Positions 50,762-64,000 of a DNA stretch of 64,000 bases are shown in pieces; within the stretch, counting starts at the first letter, position 1, and each line of letters starts with the position of its first letter. A program made the translations under genes and the position numbers. The notes beneath the pieces are model-generated. The model was not told the DNA's origin, made no database searches, and saw only the letters and a list, made by a program, of their open reading frames with translations. This stretch comes from Macrostomum lignano (lineage: Eukaryota), in the NCBI GenBank assembly GCA_002269645.1, contig NIVC01003032.1:1-64000 (forward strand). Direction: 5' to 3'.

Positions 50762-53700
50762 TCACAACTCATTGAAGGTGACCCCCATCCCTGCACTGTT
50801 CCGAATGCCAACGCCGCTCGGCTGTTTGATAGTTCCACAGTCAGCATCATCGTCTGCACTTTTACTATTCCGAGTTGCTGGTCGCCCGCGGCCAATGAAA
50901 CGCAGGCGACCGCCTTCCCGACCGCGCCTTTTGCGACGCCGACGTCCAGCAGCTGATCTGCTGATTGCCGCGGCGTGCTCCGGCGACGCCTTGACGATGC
51001 CCAGCCGCCTGCCTAACCGCCGGACCTTTTGAATGGCCTCCTCTTGCATCAGCTTGAAGCACATGGCGAATACGGACAGGCCGACGGCCACGTAGATGCA
51101 GGTGGCAATCAGCTTCTCTTTGGGGTTCTTTGGATCGATCTCGGTGCCTGCAGAAGTGTTAAAAAGAGTTTTGAATTACATTCTGGTATAGTAAAGGAGA
51201 TTTCTAAACTCTCCGCATGGCGCCACCCAAACTGTCAGCATGGCGCCACCCAAACTCTCCGCATGGCGCCACCCAAACTCTCCGCATGGCCCCACCCGAA
51301 CTCTCAGCATGGCGCCACCCAAACTCTCCGCATGGCGCCACCCAAACTCTCAGCATGGCGCCACCCAAACTCTCAGCATGGCCCCACCCAGAACTCTGCG
51401 CATGGCGCCACCCAAACTGTCCGCATGGCGCCACCCAAACTCTCCGCATGGCGCCACCCAAACTCTCCGCATGGCACCACCCGAACTCTCCGCATGGCGC
51501 CACCCAAACTGTCCGCATGGCGCCACCCAAACTCTCCGCATGGCGCACCCAAACTCTCCGCATGGCGCCACCCAAACTCTCAGCATGGCCCCACCCAGAA
51601 CTCTGCGCATGGCCCCACCCAAACTGTCCGCATGGCGCCACCCAAACTCTCAGCATGGCCCCACCCGAACTCTGCGCATGGCGCCACCCAAACTGTCCGC
51701 ATGGCGCCACCCAAACTGTCCGCATGGCGCCACCCAAACTCTCCGCATGGCGCCACCCAAACTGTCCGCATGGCGCCACCCAAACTCTCAGCATGGCCCC
51801 ACCCGAACTCTCAGCATGGCCCCACCCGAACTCTGCGCATGGCGCCACCCAAACTGTCCGCATGGCGCCACCCAAACTGTCCGCATGGCGCCACCCAAAC
51901 TCTCCGCATGGCGCCACCCAAACTGTCCGCATGGCGCCACCCAAACTCTCAGCATGGCGCCACCCAAACTCTCAGCATGGCGCCACCCAAACTCTCCGCA
52001 GGGCGCCACCCAGAACTCTGCGCATGGCGCCCCTAAGCTCATGTTTCATAAAGCGTATCGCCGATTCATATCCAAGCTTTTTTAGCAGCAAGAAGACTTA
52101 AAAGTACGTGCTCGATGTATTGCAGCTATACTGTAATGTTATTTGTCGACATAATTAGTACATGCTGAAGGTATTTCAGGCTTATGGCTGGGTAATAGTA
52201 GTCTTTGGTTTTAGATTGAGTTTATTAAAAGTTCTCACGCTATTAGAACTATCAATCTCAGCTCAAACAAACCCGCCGAACAGTTCGGAGTTGTTTGAAG
52301 ACAATCGTGTGCATCTTTGACTGCACTGCATTTTGCTGCAAAAGCAACAAATTCTCAGCAAATTAACTGCGACTCAGTTGGCTTTTAAGCAAGGGTCAGA
52401 GAAAAATGTCTCACTGTGTTTTAAGCCCTAAAACGAGCTCAATTTAATAGCTAACAGACACAATTGATAGCTGTCAAGAGATGAAGCTGAGAAGCTGAGA
52501 GGCCAACAATTAATCTTGCTCGAATGGTTTCTGCATGGTCTATTTTCCTTTTATAATTGCCGCTACGCTTTTGCGGCAGTAGAAAGTATGAGAAATTATT
52601 ATTCATAATTGTGCTACTTAGCGGACCGTGGGAAGCGGCAGGTGGACTCTGAGACCTACGCAGCTCTAATTTGCCCCGCTGTCTCCCTTGCAGGTATCGC
52701 TGAGTAGCTGCTGCATCGTCTCTGAAGCGTGAACATTTCCTGCACCGGTCTGGAACGCACCGAAAGCTCCGTTGCACAAGGACTGCTACGGTTCTGAGTG
52801 ACCGCGGTGATCTCTGACTCACTGACTTCGTCTCTGACTTCTCTCTTTCTATAGTTGATTCTTTAGTATAGTGGCTTCACCCCTCGCGCTCGGAAGTAAT
52901 TGAAACTGCATAATGATTTTTTTAAAGAGCAAGCTTTCCTTTCTAAAAGAGCAACGAAATCATTGTACATGTTCGTCTGCATAACCATTTTTAATGGTTG
53001 CTCAGGTTACTCAGGTTGTTTTTAGTTACAAGCGTTACAAGTTACATGTTACAAGGGTTGGTCCTCAAGGGCGTTAATTTCACGAGCAGAGTCAATCCGA
53101 GATTCCCAATTTAGCCCTAAGTTAATGTGACTGACGGCACTTGGAATCGAGCCTGGGCCGCTGGCACATCATAGCGCCGCGCTGGACCACTGGTCTCAGA
53201 GAGAATTACTCTTTTGAAAAAAACTATTTTGGGGTAGGAGTGTCACTTCCGTATCTCCAGTGTTCCCAGCTCTGGGTCGGGCTCCTCCGATTCTTATTTT
53301 ATTTTTCAATTTTGACATCCCTATCAAAGCTGCATGAGTTTCCAGGGGGCTCGGAGCAGATCGAACGCTGCGGGGGGGGGGGCTACTATGAGCGGCGGGA
53401 AGAAGGCGTTAGACTTGGGAAGCAATCATTTTTTCAAAGGAAATCACCATTCCATTGGCGGCCTCTTGAGAGGCATACTATATGGTAGCGTATCGAGCGC
53501 CAGCTAGAAGGGCCCTCATCGCCCTGGCTGGGCCCGCTGCCCCGCCTTACCTGGCACAATGTCGCCAAAACCGATTGTGCTCAGCGTGATGAAGCAGAAG
53601 TAGGACCACTTCACGTAGTCCCTATTTTCCCAGATGGTGAATAGAAATGAGCCCAGCACAACATATCCGACCATGAGTGTCACTGAGAGACTCAGCGGCA

Positions 53701-55968
53701 CCGTCACTTTGCGCAATCTCCGGCTCACAGACAGCCGCTGGAGTCGATCGAGTCGACGGCGAAGATCCAGCAGCCGCTGCATTCGGTGGTGGTTCTGTCC
53801 GCCTGCGGCGAGGTCTCCTGGAACAGCGACGGCTCCGGCAGCCACGGCAGCGCTGGCCGCAATGCTGCTGGGGCCAACCGAATTCTCCAAGTCATGGCTG
53901 ACCGCCAGTGCTTCAATGTCCAGCGAGCCAACAACTCCAATGGGTTGGAAGATGCCAGCGACATGGTCGACGATGAGGATGAGTCTTCAGAAGAGGGATG
54001 CTCCGGACTTGGTAGGCTGATGTAGCTGATGCATCTGGGCAGCGGCTCGGCCTCCCGCTCAACCTCGTTAACTGTTTTGACGCCGGCTGCTGGTCCAGAA
54101 AAATCCCAATCGATGACGGTCCAATCAACCAGCGGTGCCGCGCATTGTGACGGTGCTCTCGCGAGGTTAGTGGTGGTGGGCGCTTCTGGCACCGAGCGAC
54201 TGCGGACAAGCGGCGTGCGGACCTGCGGACGAGCCGCCGTAGCCGGGAGAATCCTAGCTGTGGCGACGCCCCGCCGAACCCTCGTCGAGTCCTGACCGGA
54301 GGAGTCGACGGCGGCTGGGTTGATTTCGACCGGCTTCGCTTCAAACAGAAGATCCCGCTTTGTGCGCGACGACTCTGGAAGCGGCGTCTCTCTGGCGTGA
54401 GCCGCAGATTCCGATGCCGTGCGAGACAACGGCCTAGCAAAATCGGTTTTGACGCGAACAATATCGAATGCCTCTCGGTGGCGACTCCTTCGTCGGGTTG
54501 TCTCACTGTCGTTGCCCTCTCCGTTGTCTTGCCGGTCAAAAAGGCGCATGCGTTTCAACCGCGGCCGGCAGGTGTTACTGTACAGGTAGCGGAACCCGTC
54601 GGCAAGGTAGTCACCGATGTTATTCAGGTAGAGAAACATTAGCGGTATGCCGAGGAACGCACAGGCCATGGTACCCAGCATGCCCTCCAGTGTCTTCGGC
54701 ACCGCGTGTCCGTAGCCTACAGATGCATATGATTTGGCTTGAAGCTGATTTGATGTAATGGAAAACTTGTGCAGTTTTGGAGTCTCTGATCCTATAGCTA
54801 TATACGCTGCCTCCCAGCTGGGCGCCAGAGCAAGTCACTGCACTCTTCCCAGCTGGATAATATTTCTGCTTGACTTCCCGTCGCTATCACCCCGGGGCAT
54901 AGCACAGATTGAAAATGAATAAACAAAGAAGCATATATCCCGAATGGTTCTACAGCTTTGCCGCTAATCAGAGACTGCTTCTCGTACAACAAGGCGAACG
55001 TTTACGGCTTAAGAACATCCGGCTGTCTTTCAATCATCGTCTATTTTCAGATCCTGTCTCTCGGGCTGACCCAGAATGATACCTATATCAATTTTGCACC
55101 ATATGAACACTTTGGTTGCCCTGATGTTGCATTAATTATGATATCCTCGTCGCCAAATGAGCCGGCATGTGGGAACGACTTCTACCCCACTGCTTAAAGA
55201 AGTAGCCTGAGAATCCCGGACAGTGCACTGCTTCGCTGCAGCGAAGAGCGGTATAAACGATATGCAACAGCATATTTTATGTCTATTAGCAGCTATTTTC
55301 TAGGGCACAGTAATATCGATAGCAGCCGTCATGCTAGTTATAATAAGTCTGCCACCCCGTCACTGCAGTCAGTTGAAAAGTGCAACCAAGGGAGCGGTCA
55401 AGAGCTCGACAAACTCACCGATAGTTGTGATAATTGTGACCACAAACAGCAGCGCCCCAGGCAAGTTCCAAGTGTACTCGTGCTCCTGCAAGCTGCCATT
55501 CCAACCGTCCTCCTTCACATACTTGGTAATGTTGGCCACAACCTGAGCGAGGGTCTCGTTGGCCAGGTGGCCCAGTTCAGCCAGCTGACTGTCGGTCAGG
55601 AAGCACCTGATGCTCGAATTTTCTCGAATTTCCACGACACTCTCGGGGCAGAGCAGCCGCTTCTGCCTGCTAAGAAACGTCGCCAGAGTGTTATTCTTGA
55701 ACCGCCGAATCTGCTCACGCAGACTGAGCTCGAAAGGCAGCTCGATGGCTTGGAAGGCGAGACCGCCAGCTAGGATGTAGGCGACAATGAGGCAGGACAG
55801 TCCAATGTGGCTGAAAGTGAAGGCCAGAAACTTCTTGCAGAAGGTGCCCGCTTGTCGGAGTTGTCTCCGTCGGCGCTCGCGCTTCTTCAATCGGCGCCGT
55901 TCCAGCCGGGACAGACGCTGACGTCGCGATGATGACGACGCCACCGACACCTGGCGTTCAGTGGGCAT
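50762..55968 (-). CDS. Two-pore domain potassium channel (K2P/TWIK family); exons 55968-55419, 54716-53551, 51147-50762
   Basis: TM1 (SHIGLSCLIVAYILAGGLAFQAIE), P1 ALLFVVTIITTIG|YG, TM2 GIPLMFLYL, TM3, P2 YFCFITLSTIGFGDIVPG, TM4 (YVAVGLSVFAMCFKLMQEE). Exon 2 needs +1 nt near 53942. Confidence 0.95.
51214..52032. repeat. 23-bp intronic minisatellite
   Basis: Unit GCATGGCGCCACCCAAACT(C/G)TCC. Confidence 0.95.
53025..53200 (-). mobile_element. Candidate tRNA-derived SINE
   Basis: Minus strand has an A-box-like TGGTCCAGCGCGG (53177-53189), a B-box-like GGCTCGATTCC (53143-53153) and a 3' tail of (T/A)TGTAAC heptamers (53025-53054). Confidence 0.4.
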
Positions 55969-57126
55969 TTGGATTTGTCGCTTGCAGGACTGAGGGTGCT
56001 ACCTACCGGGGATTCAGCATATTTTCCACCTTAATCCGCTTTCAACTCAGATCGGTCTCCCCATCCACCGCGCCTATGCAGCCAGCCAATGAAAGCGAGG
56101 CTGTCATTCCCCAAGCGAAGTCTTTCTTCCTTCCCGACGACTGCTGCAAGCTTGCAGTGTCAGCCCAGCAAAGCAGTGTTTGTCGGAGGCAAAGTATTGC
56201 ATAGAAAACTCTGCCGGGCGACTTAACTCTCTTAGCATGATTTCAGCTTCACATAAGCAATGAAGTTATTCAACTCAACTGGAGGGGTTGGGGGCAAGCA
56301 TTGTATACCGAATGCAAACACTTTGCAGTGTTGCAGGTGAGCAGAGTACGAGTAGTTTACAGTTTTGCACTCGCTGCTTTCTCAAACAGCGTGATCCTTA
56401 AGTTTCAATGCATGCATTTTACAGCCGCCCACTCAAGATATTTGATATATTAATATCTTAGAAGCTAAGACTCGAGTCTGACTAGTAATGCATTTGAGCA
56501 GTTTCAGAGTCAGAAATAGAGTATCACGCTTATTTGTGATGCTCTCGTCACGCCGCATCGCGCACTGGTCATTGTGAGTGGAGATATAGCTATAGAACAA
56601 GAATAGGCTAGCGGTCCACGCGTCCAGCCGTCTAACAGGCCCAGCGCGCCTTGAGCAGTGCGTCACAGTTAATTATACCTCTCCAACCCACACACAGAGT
56701 GCCGAGTAAGTCCATGAGAAGCAGCGAAGGCTTTGCGCTTTTTATCTAGATAAATGCTAACTGTTCGCTACTAGACCCTGGGCAATTGTCACTACGGCAG
56801 TCGCAAAATAAAAAAAAGAACTTCCATCTTTCAAACCATTTTTTAAGCCTCCCAGGCCCATAAAATCACTCAGCAGCATCGTGATGTCCCTCGGTCCACG
56901 CCACGCCACTTCGTACCCCATTAACGGAGCAATTTCGCTCGCTTAATGAGGGCTGCCCAATAGCTTTAACCAGCTGCGACAATGTAGCCGTCGCATTGTC
57001 TTACTCGTCTGTCTGCTCTATTCAAGATGGCGATTATAAAAGAAGGGCAGATTATGAACTCTGTTAGAGACTACTTGAGCCCACTCAGACTAAGGAGTCT
57101 GACATCATATTTTTAATGCTATTACA

Positions 57127-59011
<1,885 letters not shown>

Positions 59012-59483
59012 ATGCGCAAATGACGCTACTGACTACCAAAAATAGTAGTATGATCGAGTCACTTCCGTCTTGCCTGACACATCATCAGCACCTTCCCATG
59101 ATTTTCTCAACCATTTTCTCCCTCATCCTTCATCCTCAATTGTTTCGTTTTCAATAACAAAATGCCTGCCGTCCAACGATGCTAGCAACAAGCTGTAAAG
59201 TTTGCTTCTAAATTCTAAATTTTAGTTTTTGCAATTGCCTAGTAGTGCAGCCGCCATGTATTCATGAGCAGCTTGAGTTGCCAAGCCTTCGGTAGAGACT
59301 TCTCAGTAAAGCGCTTTGAAGAACGAGATTCTCAAGGACCTCGAGTGCAGATGGCAAAGCGGAATTCGGGGAAAACAAAGGAGAGCAACTGCAGCTCGTA
59401 AGCATGCCGAAATGTCAGAGCGCTTTTGAGATATTTGAGTATGTAAACAGTATCTCCATTGATTAAAAGTACTTAATTTATAA

Positions 59484-59950
<467 letters not shown>

Positions 59951-60829
59951 ACAGGCAGGTAGACAGACTGGCAGACCGACAGAAAACCACTTTTAATTGA
60001 AGAAGAATGGATGAGAGATCTTTCGTGTTGTGTTTCAAGTGCACTTGTCTCTCCTAGGGGCCAAGAATATTCGACCCTCCGCTCTGCGCATCTCTCCTGC
60101 GCTCACTCCAGTACTTTTTTGAGTGCCGATGAGCTGCCAGCTGTGCCTCATCAAGATCGCTCTTAAGATTTGAAGATTTCCAGCCAGAGGGACTGCTCGG
60201 GTAGCGCATGCATATTCTGGAGAACTCGTGCAGAGTGTACGGTAGAACTGTACTATAGATTTTACTCATGTAAAAGATCTCTTATTGAGATTCAAGCGTT
60301 GCGATAATTCGGTCTCAACCAATCTCATCTATCTAATGCACAATTGAGAAGCCTCAATGCCGCTCCCAAAAAGCAACACCAAAGGCTCTTAAACACGAAA
60401 AAAAGCCAACTCACGAAAGAAAAGTTACTATTGAGACTTTTTAGCCGGCTTAGCGAATTCCATTCAAGCAATGGGTCTCGAAGAAGCAGAAGCAGATGTC
60501 AGGGGATGGCTGCAAGCATAGATGGATTAATGCTCAAGCAGCAAGGAACTTTCTCACGCACTATAGCAGACTGGCTGAGTGAGCAGCTACTCAAGGGGAC
60601 TCATTTGCCCCAGCAGTATTGGATTAATGCGGCATCCTCACTGGCACTGGGCCTGAGGGCGGTGATCGATCACTGCATGGCAAGTCCATCATTCGACACG
60701 CTCTCAGAATCCTTTTCACTCCATTATGAGAATCATCTTACACAGTCGGCTTCATCGATTATTGAGGCATTGCGGAGGCTGCTTAAGCTTCTAACGCTGT
60801 TACCTGTCCATAGACATGTCACACATGCC

Positions 60830-61462
60830 TTCACTATAGACAAGACACATATCACAGTGCCATAGACACATGTCATAATGTACCATAGACACATGCCAGT
60901 ACCATAGTCACACGCCATATGTACCATAGTCACACGCCATATGTACCATAGACACACGCCATATGTACCATAGACACACGCCATATGTACCATAGACACA
61001 GGCCATATGTACCATAGTCACACGCCATATGTACCATAGACACACGCCATATGTACCATAGACACAGGCCATATGTACCATAGACACACGCCATATGTAC
61101 CATAGTCACACGCCATATGTACCATAGTCACACGCCATATGTACCATAGACACACGCCATATGTACCATAGACACACGCCATATGTACCATAGACACAGG
61201 CCATATGTACCATAGTCACACGCCATATGTACCATAGACACACGCCATATGTACCATAGACACAGGCCATATGTACCATAGACACACGCCATATGTACCA
61301 TAGTCACACGCCATATGTACCATAGTCACACGCCATATGTACCATAGACACACGCCATATGTACCATAGACACACGCCATATGTACCATAGACACAGGCC
61401 ATATGTACCATAGTCACACGCCATATGTACCATAGTCACACGCCATATGTACCATAGACACA
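60830..61462. repeat. 22-bp minisatellite
   Basis: Unit ACGCCATATGTACCATAG(A/T)CAC. Confidence 0.95.
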
Positions 61463-61677
61463 TGCCAGTTCCAAATCAGACCGCATCAAATAGCATCCGC
61501 TCCGAACTACGTCAAGGAATTCAGTATTGATGAAATTTATAGAAGTTCTGCATTCTGATTGGCTGAATCCAGCACCAGATGTCGTATCTGCTGTATAAGT
61601 AACCCCGTTGGATACTAATGATTTGCTAAATTTCCAAAATCAGTACAAGAAAGCTCACCTATTACAAGCCTGTTAAA

Positions 61678-62258
61678 ATGCCACCCACCGTATAACTGGC
61701 CCTCGCTCTGATAGCTCTGATTCACCTGATTGATTACCCAGCTCTCGCCTTGAACCAACCGGGTAAGACAGCGAGAACTTCTTTCAAACTTAATATCAAG
61801 AAAAATTCTCATTTTTCTACCCTAGTTGCTTCTGTCCCAATTTATTAAATTTCAGATTTTTCACCTGAAGAAATTGCCAGCCTTAATGAGGCTGTGGAAA
61901 AGCGATTCACAGGTAAACACCTAGGGGTCGTACTATAAAGCTGTCGTAGCGTAAGTTCGATCGTACGTCGGAACTTTTACACGGCGGAGATAGGAGCTAA
62001 GAACGATCGTATCTTACGATGGCTTTATAGAACGGGCCCCTATTCTGCACGGCGTAAACACGAGTCTGTTTTGTAAATACCTTGATTTTAAGCAAGAATT
62101 ATGGATTTATCGCTCCTCCTGCAGACCCGGAGAGCCTGTTCGGCAGTCCGCTGCAGTGGAACAGCGAGGACATCGAGTTCCGGCCGGCCTCCAGCACTGC
62201 GGGCTTCAAGCCGCTGAGAGGCAAGAGGACCCGAGGCCGAGGCAGACCTGACAACTGA
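61678..62258 (+). CDS. Putative secreted neuropeptide precursor; exons 61678-61762, 61856-61912, 62125-62258 (in-frame TAA at 61693-61695)
   Basis: Three exons joined by two canonical phase-1 GT-AG introns give MPPTV*LALALIALIHLIDYPALALNQPDFSPEEIASLNEAVEKRFTDPESLFGSPLQWNSEDIEFRPASSTAGFKPLRGKRTRGRGRPDN. It has a hydrophobic leader ending A-L-A, a KR site and a GKR amidation site. ATTAAA at 62333. Confidence 0.6.
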
Positions 62259-62444
62259 GCAGCTTATTAGACTGCAGACTAAACTACTCACACCTGTACT
62301 CGAGCTTAACACCTTCGATTCGAAAGGAGCTCATTAAAGTTTCATGCCAATTCGGAAAACTTTGAATTAAAACTAAGTAGGATCCCTGCAAGAATTGGCT
62401 CGCATATTTTAATTAGCGTTTTGTCTTACTATAAGTAGAGAAAT

Positions 62445-62770
62445 AAGCAAAATGCATAGAAATGGCGCCAACATGCATAGAAATGGCGCCATGCCCATAA
62501 TGCATAGAAATGGCGCCAAAGTGCATAGAAATGGCGCCAAAATGCATAGAAATGGTGCCATCATGCATAGAAATGGCGCAAAAATGCATAGAAATGGCAC
62601 CAAAATGCATAGAAATGGCACCAAAATGCATAGAAATTGCGCCAAAATGCATAGAAATGGTGCCAAAAATGCATAGAAATAGCGCCGAAATGCATAGAAA
62701 TGGCGCCAAAGGGCATAGAAATGGCGCCGAAATGCATAGAAATGGCGCCAAAATGTATAGAAATGGTGTC
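62445..62770. repeat. 21-bp minisatellite
   Basis: Unit AAATGCATAGAAATGG(C/T)(G/A)CCA. Confidence 0.93.
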
Positions 62771-63289
62771 ATAATGTACACAATTTAGTCTAGGAGTGCA
62801 CATATGAAACTCCATGAAATGAAGACCTATTCCCTCCCATTCATTCCTCGCCAACAGTAATTCAAGTGCATCGGAAATCTCAGTGCAAACGTTTAGGCTA
62901 ATTTTTTAATAAGGCTAATCGTTTAAACTTGTGCCCGTTTTAACTATGCACCTCAGCACAGAGCCGCACAGGTTATCCCCCCTGTCCGCAGCGAATATTG
63001 AATGGGAATTCAGTCAAGTTTGTATGGCACGCCTGCATGGGCCACAGTGCCTTATCTTATCAGTTCTGGCGCACCCTCCAGGGCAAACGGCCTCACATAA
63101 GGGTGGGAGCAACCCCCTCCAACCTCCAACTGATAAGGAAAGTGGGGACGCCAGGTGTGCAGTCTGAGTAGGCCCAATAATAGCTATCTGTATGCACATG
63201 CATTTTATAGCGGACTCATCAAGAATCAGGGAAGCGAGGCGCACAAGAATTGTCTTCGGTCTTTTCATCTGTCAGTCTGTCGAGTAAAA

Positions 63290-63889
63290 ATGCAAATCAC
63301 AGCATTTGTCTTTGCACTGCTGTCCCTGCCTGCTCTGGTGGCAGCGCAGGCGGCCTCGGCCGGCATCCAGTACATCATTGTGATCGACGCTGGCAGCACG
63401 GGCACCCGGCTGAACGCCTACAAGTTCCAGCTGGACGGCAGCCACTCCACCGGGCTGAGGATCCTCGAGCTGAGGGACAAGAAGATCTCGCCAGGCATGT
63501 CGGCCTACAAGAACTTCCCGGGCCGCCTGCGGCAGGCTCTCAGCCCGCTGATGAAATTTGCCGAAGCTTACGTGCCGGCCAGTTTCCATGGCAACACCAC
63601 GGCGATAGTGCGAGCGACTGCCGGCCTGCGACTGCTGGCGCCGAGGGATCGAGCCGCGGTGTCCCGGGTTGTCGTTGAAGTGCTGCGCAAGTCGCCATTC
63701 TTGGTGCCGGCCGCGGACGACAGGGCTGTGCGAGTCATCTCGGGCAGGGAGGAGGCCGAGTACGGCTGGGTGTCCGTGAACTTCCTCATGGACACCTTCG
63801 ACCAGCCGGGCGAAGAGACTTACGGCATGTTGGACATGGGAGGCGGCTCCACCCAGATCACCTTTGTGCCTAAGGAGGACGACTTGCAG
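63290..63889 (+). CDS. Ectonucleoside triphosphate diphosphohydrolase (GDA1/CD39 family, ENTPD5/6-like), first coding exon; gene continues beyond the window
   Basis: N-terminal signal peptide, ACR1 DAGSTGTR, ACR2 ATAGLR, ACR3 GREEAEYGW, ACR4 DMGGGSTQ; donor CAG|GTGCGT at 63890. Confidence 0.93.
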
Positions 63890-63904
63890 GTGCGTAGTAT
63901 CCTC

Positions 63905-64000
63905 AGATTAGTTAGTTAGTCAGTCAGTCAGTCAGTAGTTAGTTAGTTAGTTAGTTAGCTAGTTATTTATTTATTTATTTATTTATTTACTTAGTTAGTT
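63905..64000. repeat. Compound (TTAG)n/(TCAG)n/(TTTA)n microsatellite
   Basis: Seen directly at the start of the ENTPD intron. Confidence 0.9.

Noticed and set aside
51029-52101. Several 250-335-aa ORFs (MAPPKLSAWRH...)
   Set aside because: All are frames of a 23-bp repeat in the K2P intron.

Overview
This is eukaryotic (metazoan) genomic DNA. GC-rich exons with poly-Ala tracts and introns filled with minisatellites resemble the flatworm Macrostomum lignano, but the species call is an inference only. From left to right: (1) the 5' part of a Ty3/Gypsy LTR retrotransposon on the minus strand, with LTR, tRNA-iMet PBS, gag, an apparent -1 ribosomal frameshift signal and a frameshifted pol; (2) a tight plus-strand cluster NDUFA13-BOLA1-TPRG1L; (3) a ~19 kb 18/20-bp satellite with higher-order structure; (4) a Groucho/TLE co-repressor gene on the minus strand, including a 14-nt microexon; (5) several MITE, Helitron-like and SINE-like elements; (6) a two-pore (K2P) potassium channel head-to-head with a HUNK-like kinase; (7) a small three-exon gene absent from the ORF track that looks like an amidated-neuropeptide precursor (C-terminus ...AGFKPLR-GKR) with one in-frame stop in its signal peptide; (8) the first coding exon of an ENTPD5/6-like nucleotidase. 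Three host genes each need exactly one extra base to stay in frame, which suggests long-read consensus deletions. All exon coordinates were derived by hand from GT-AG sites and phase consistency; no searches were run.
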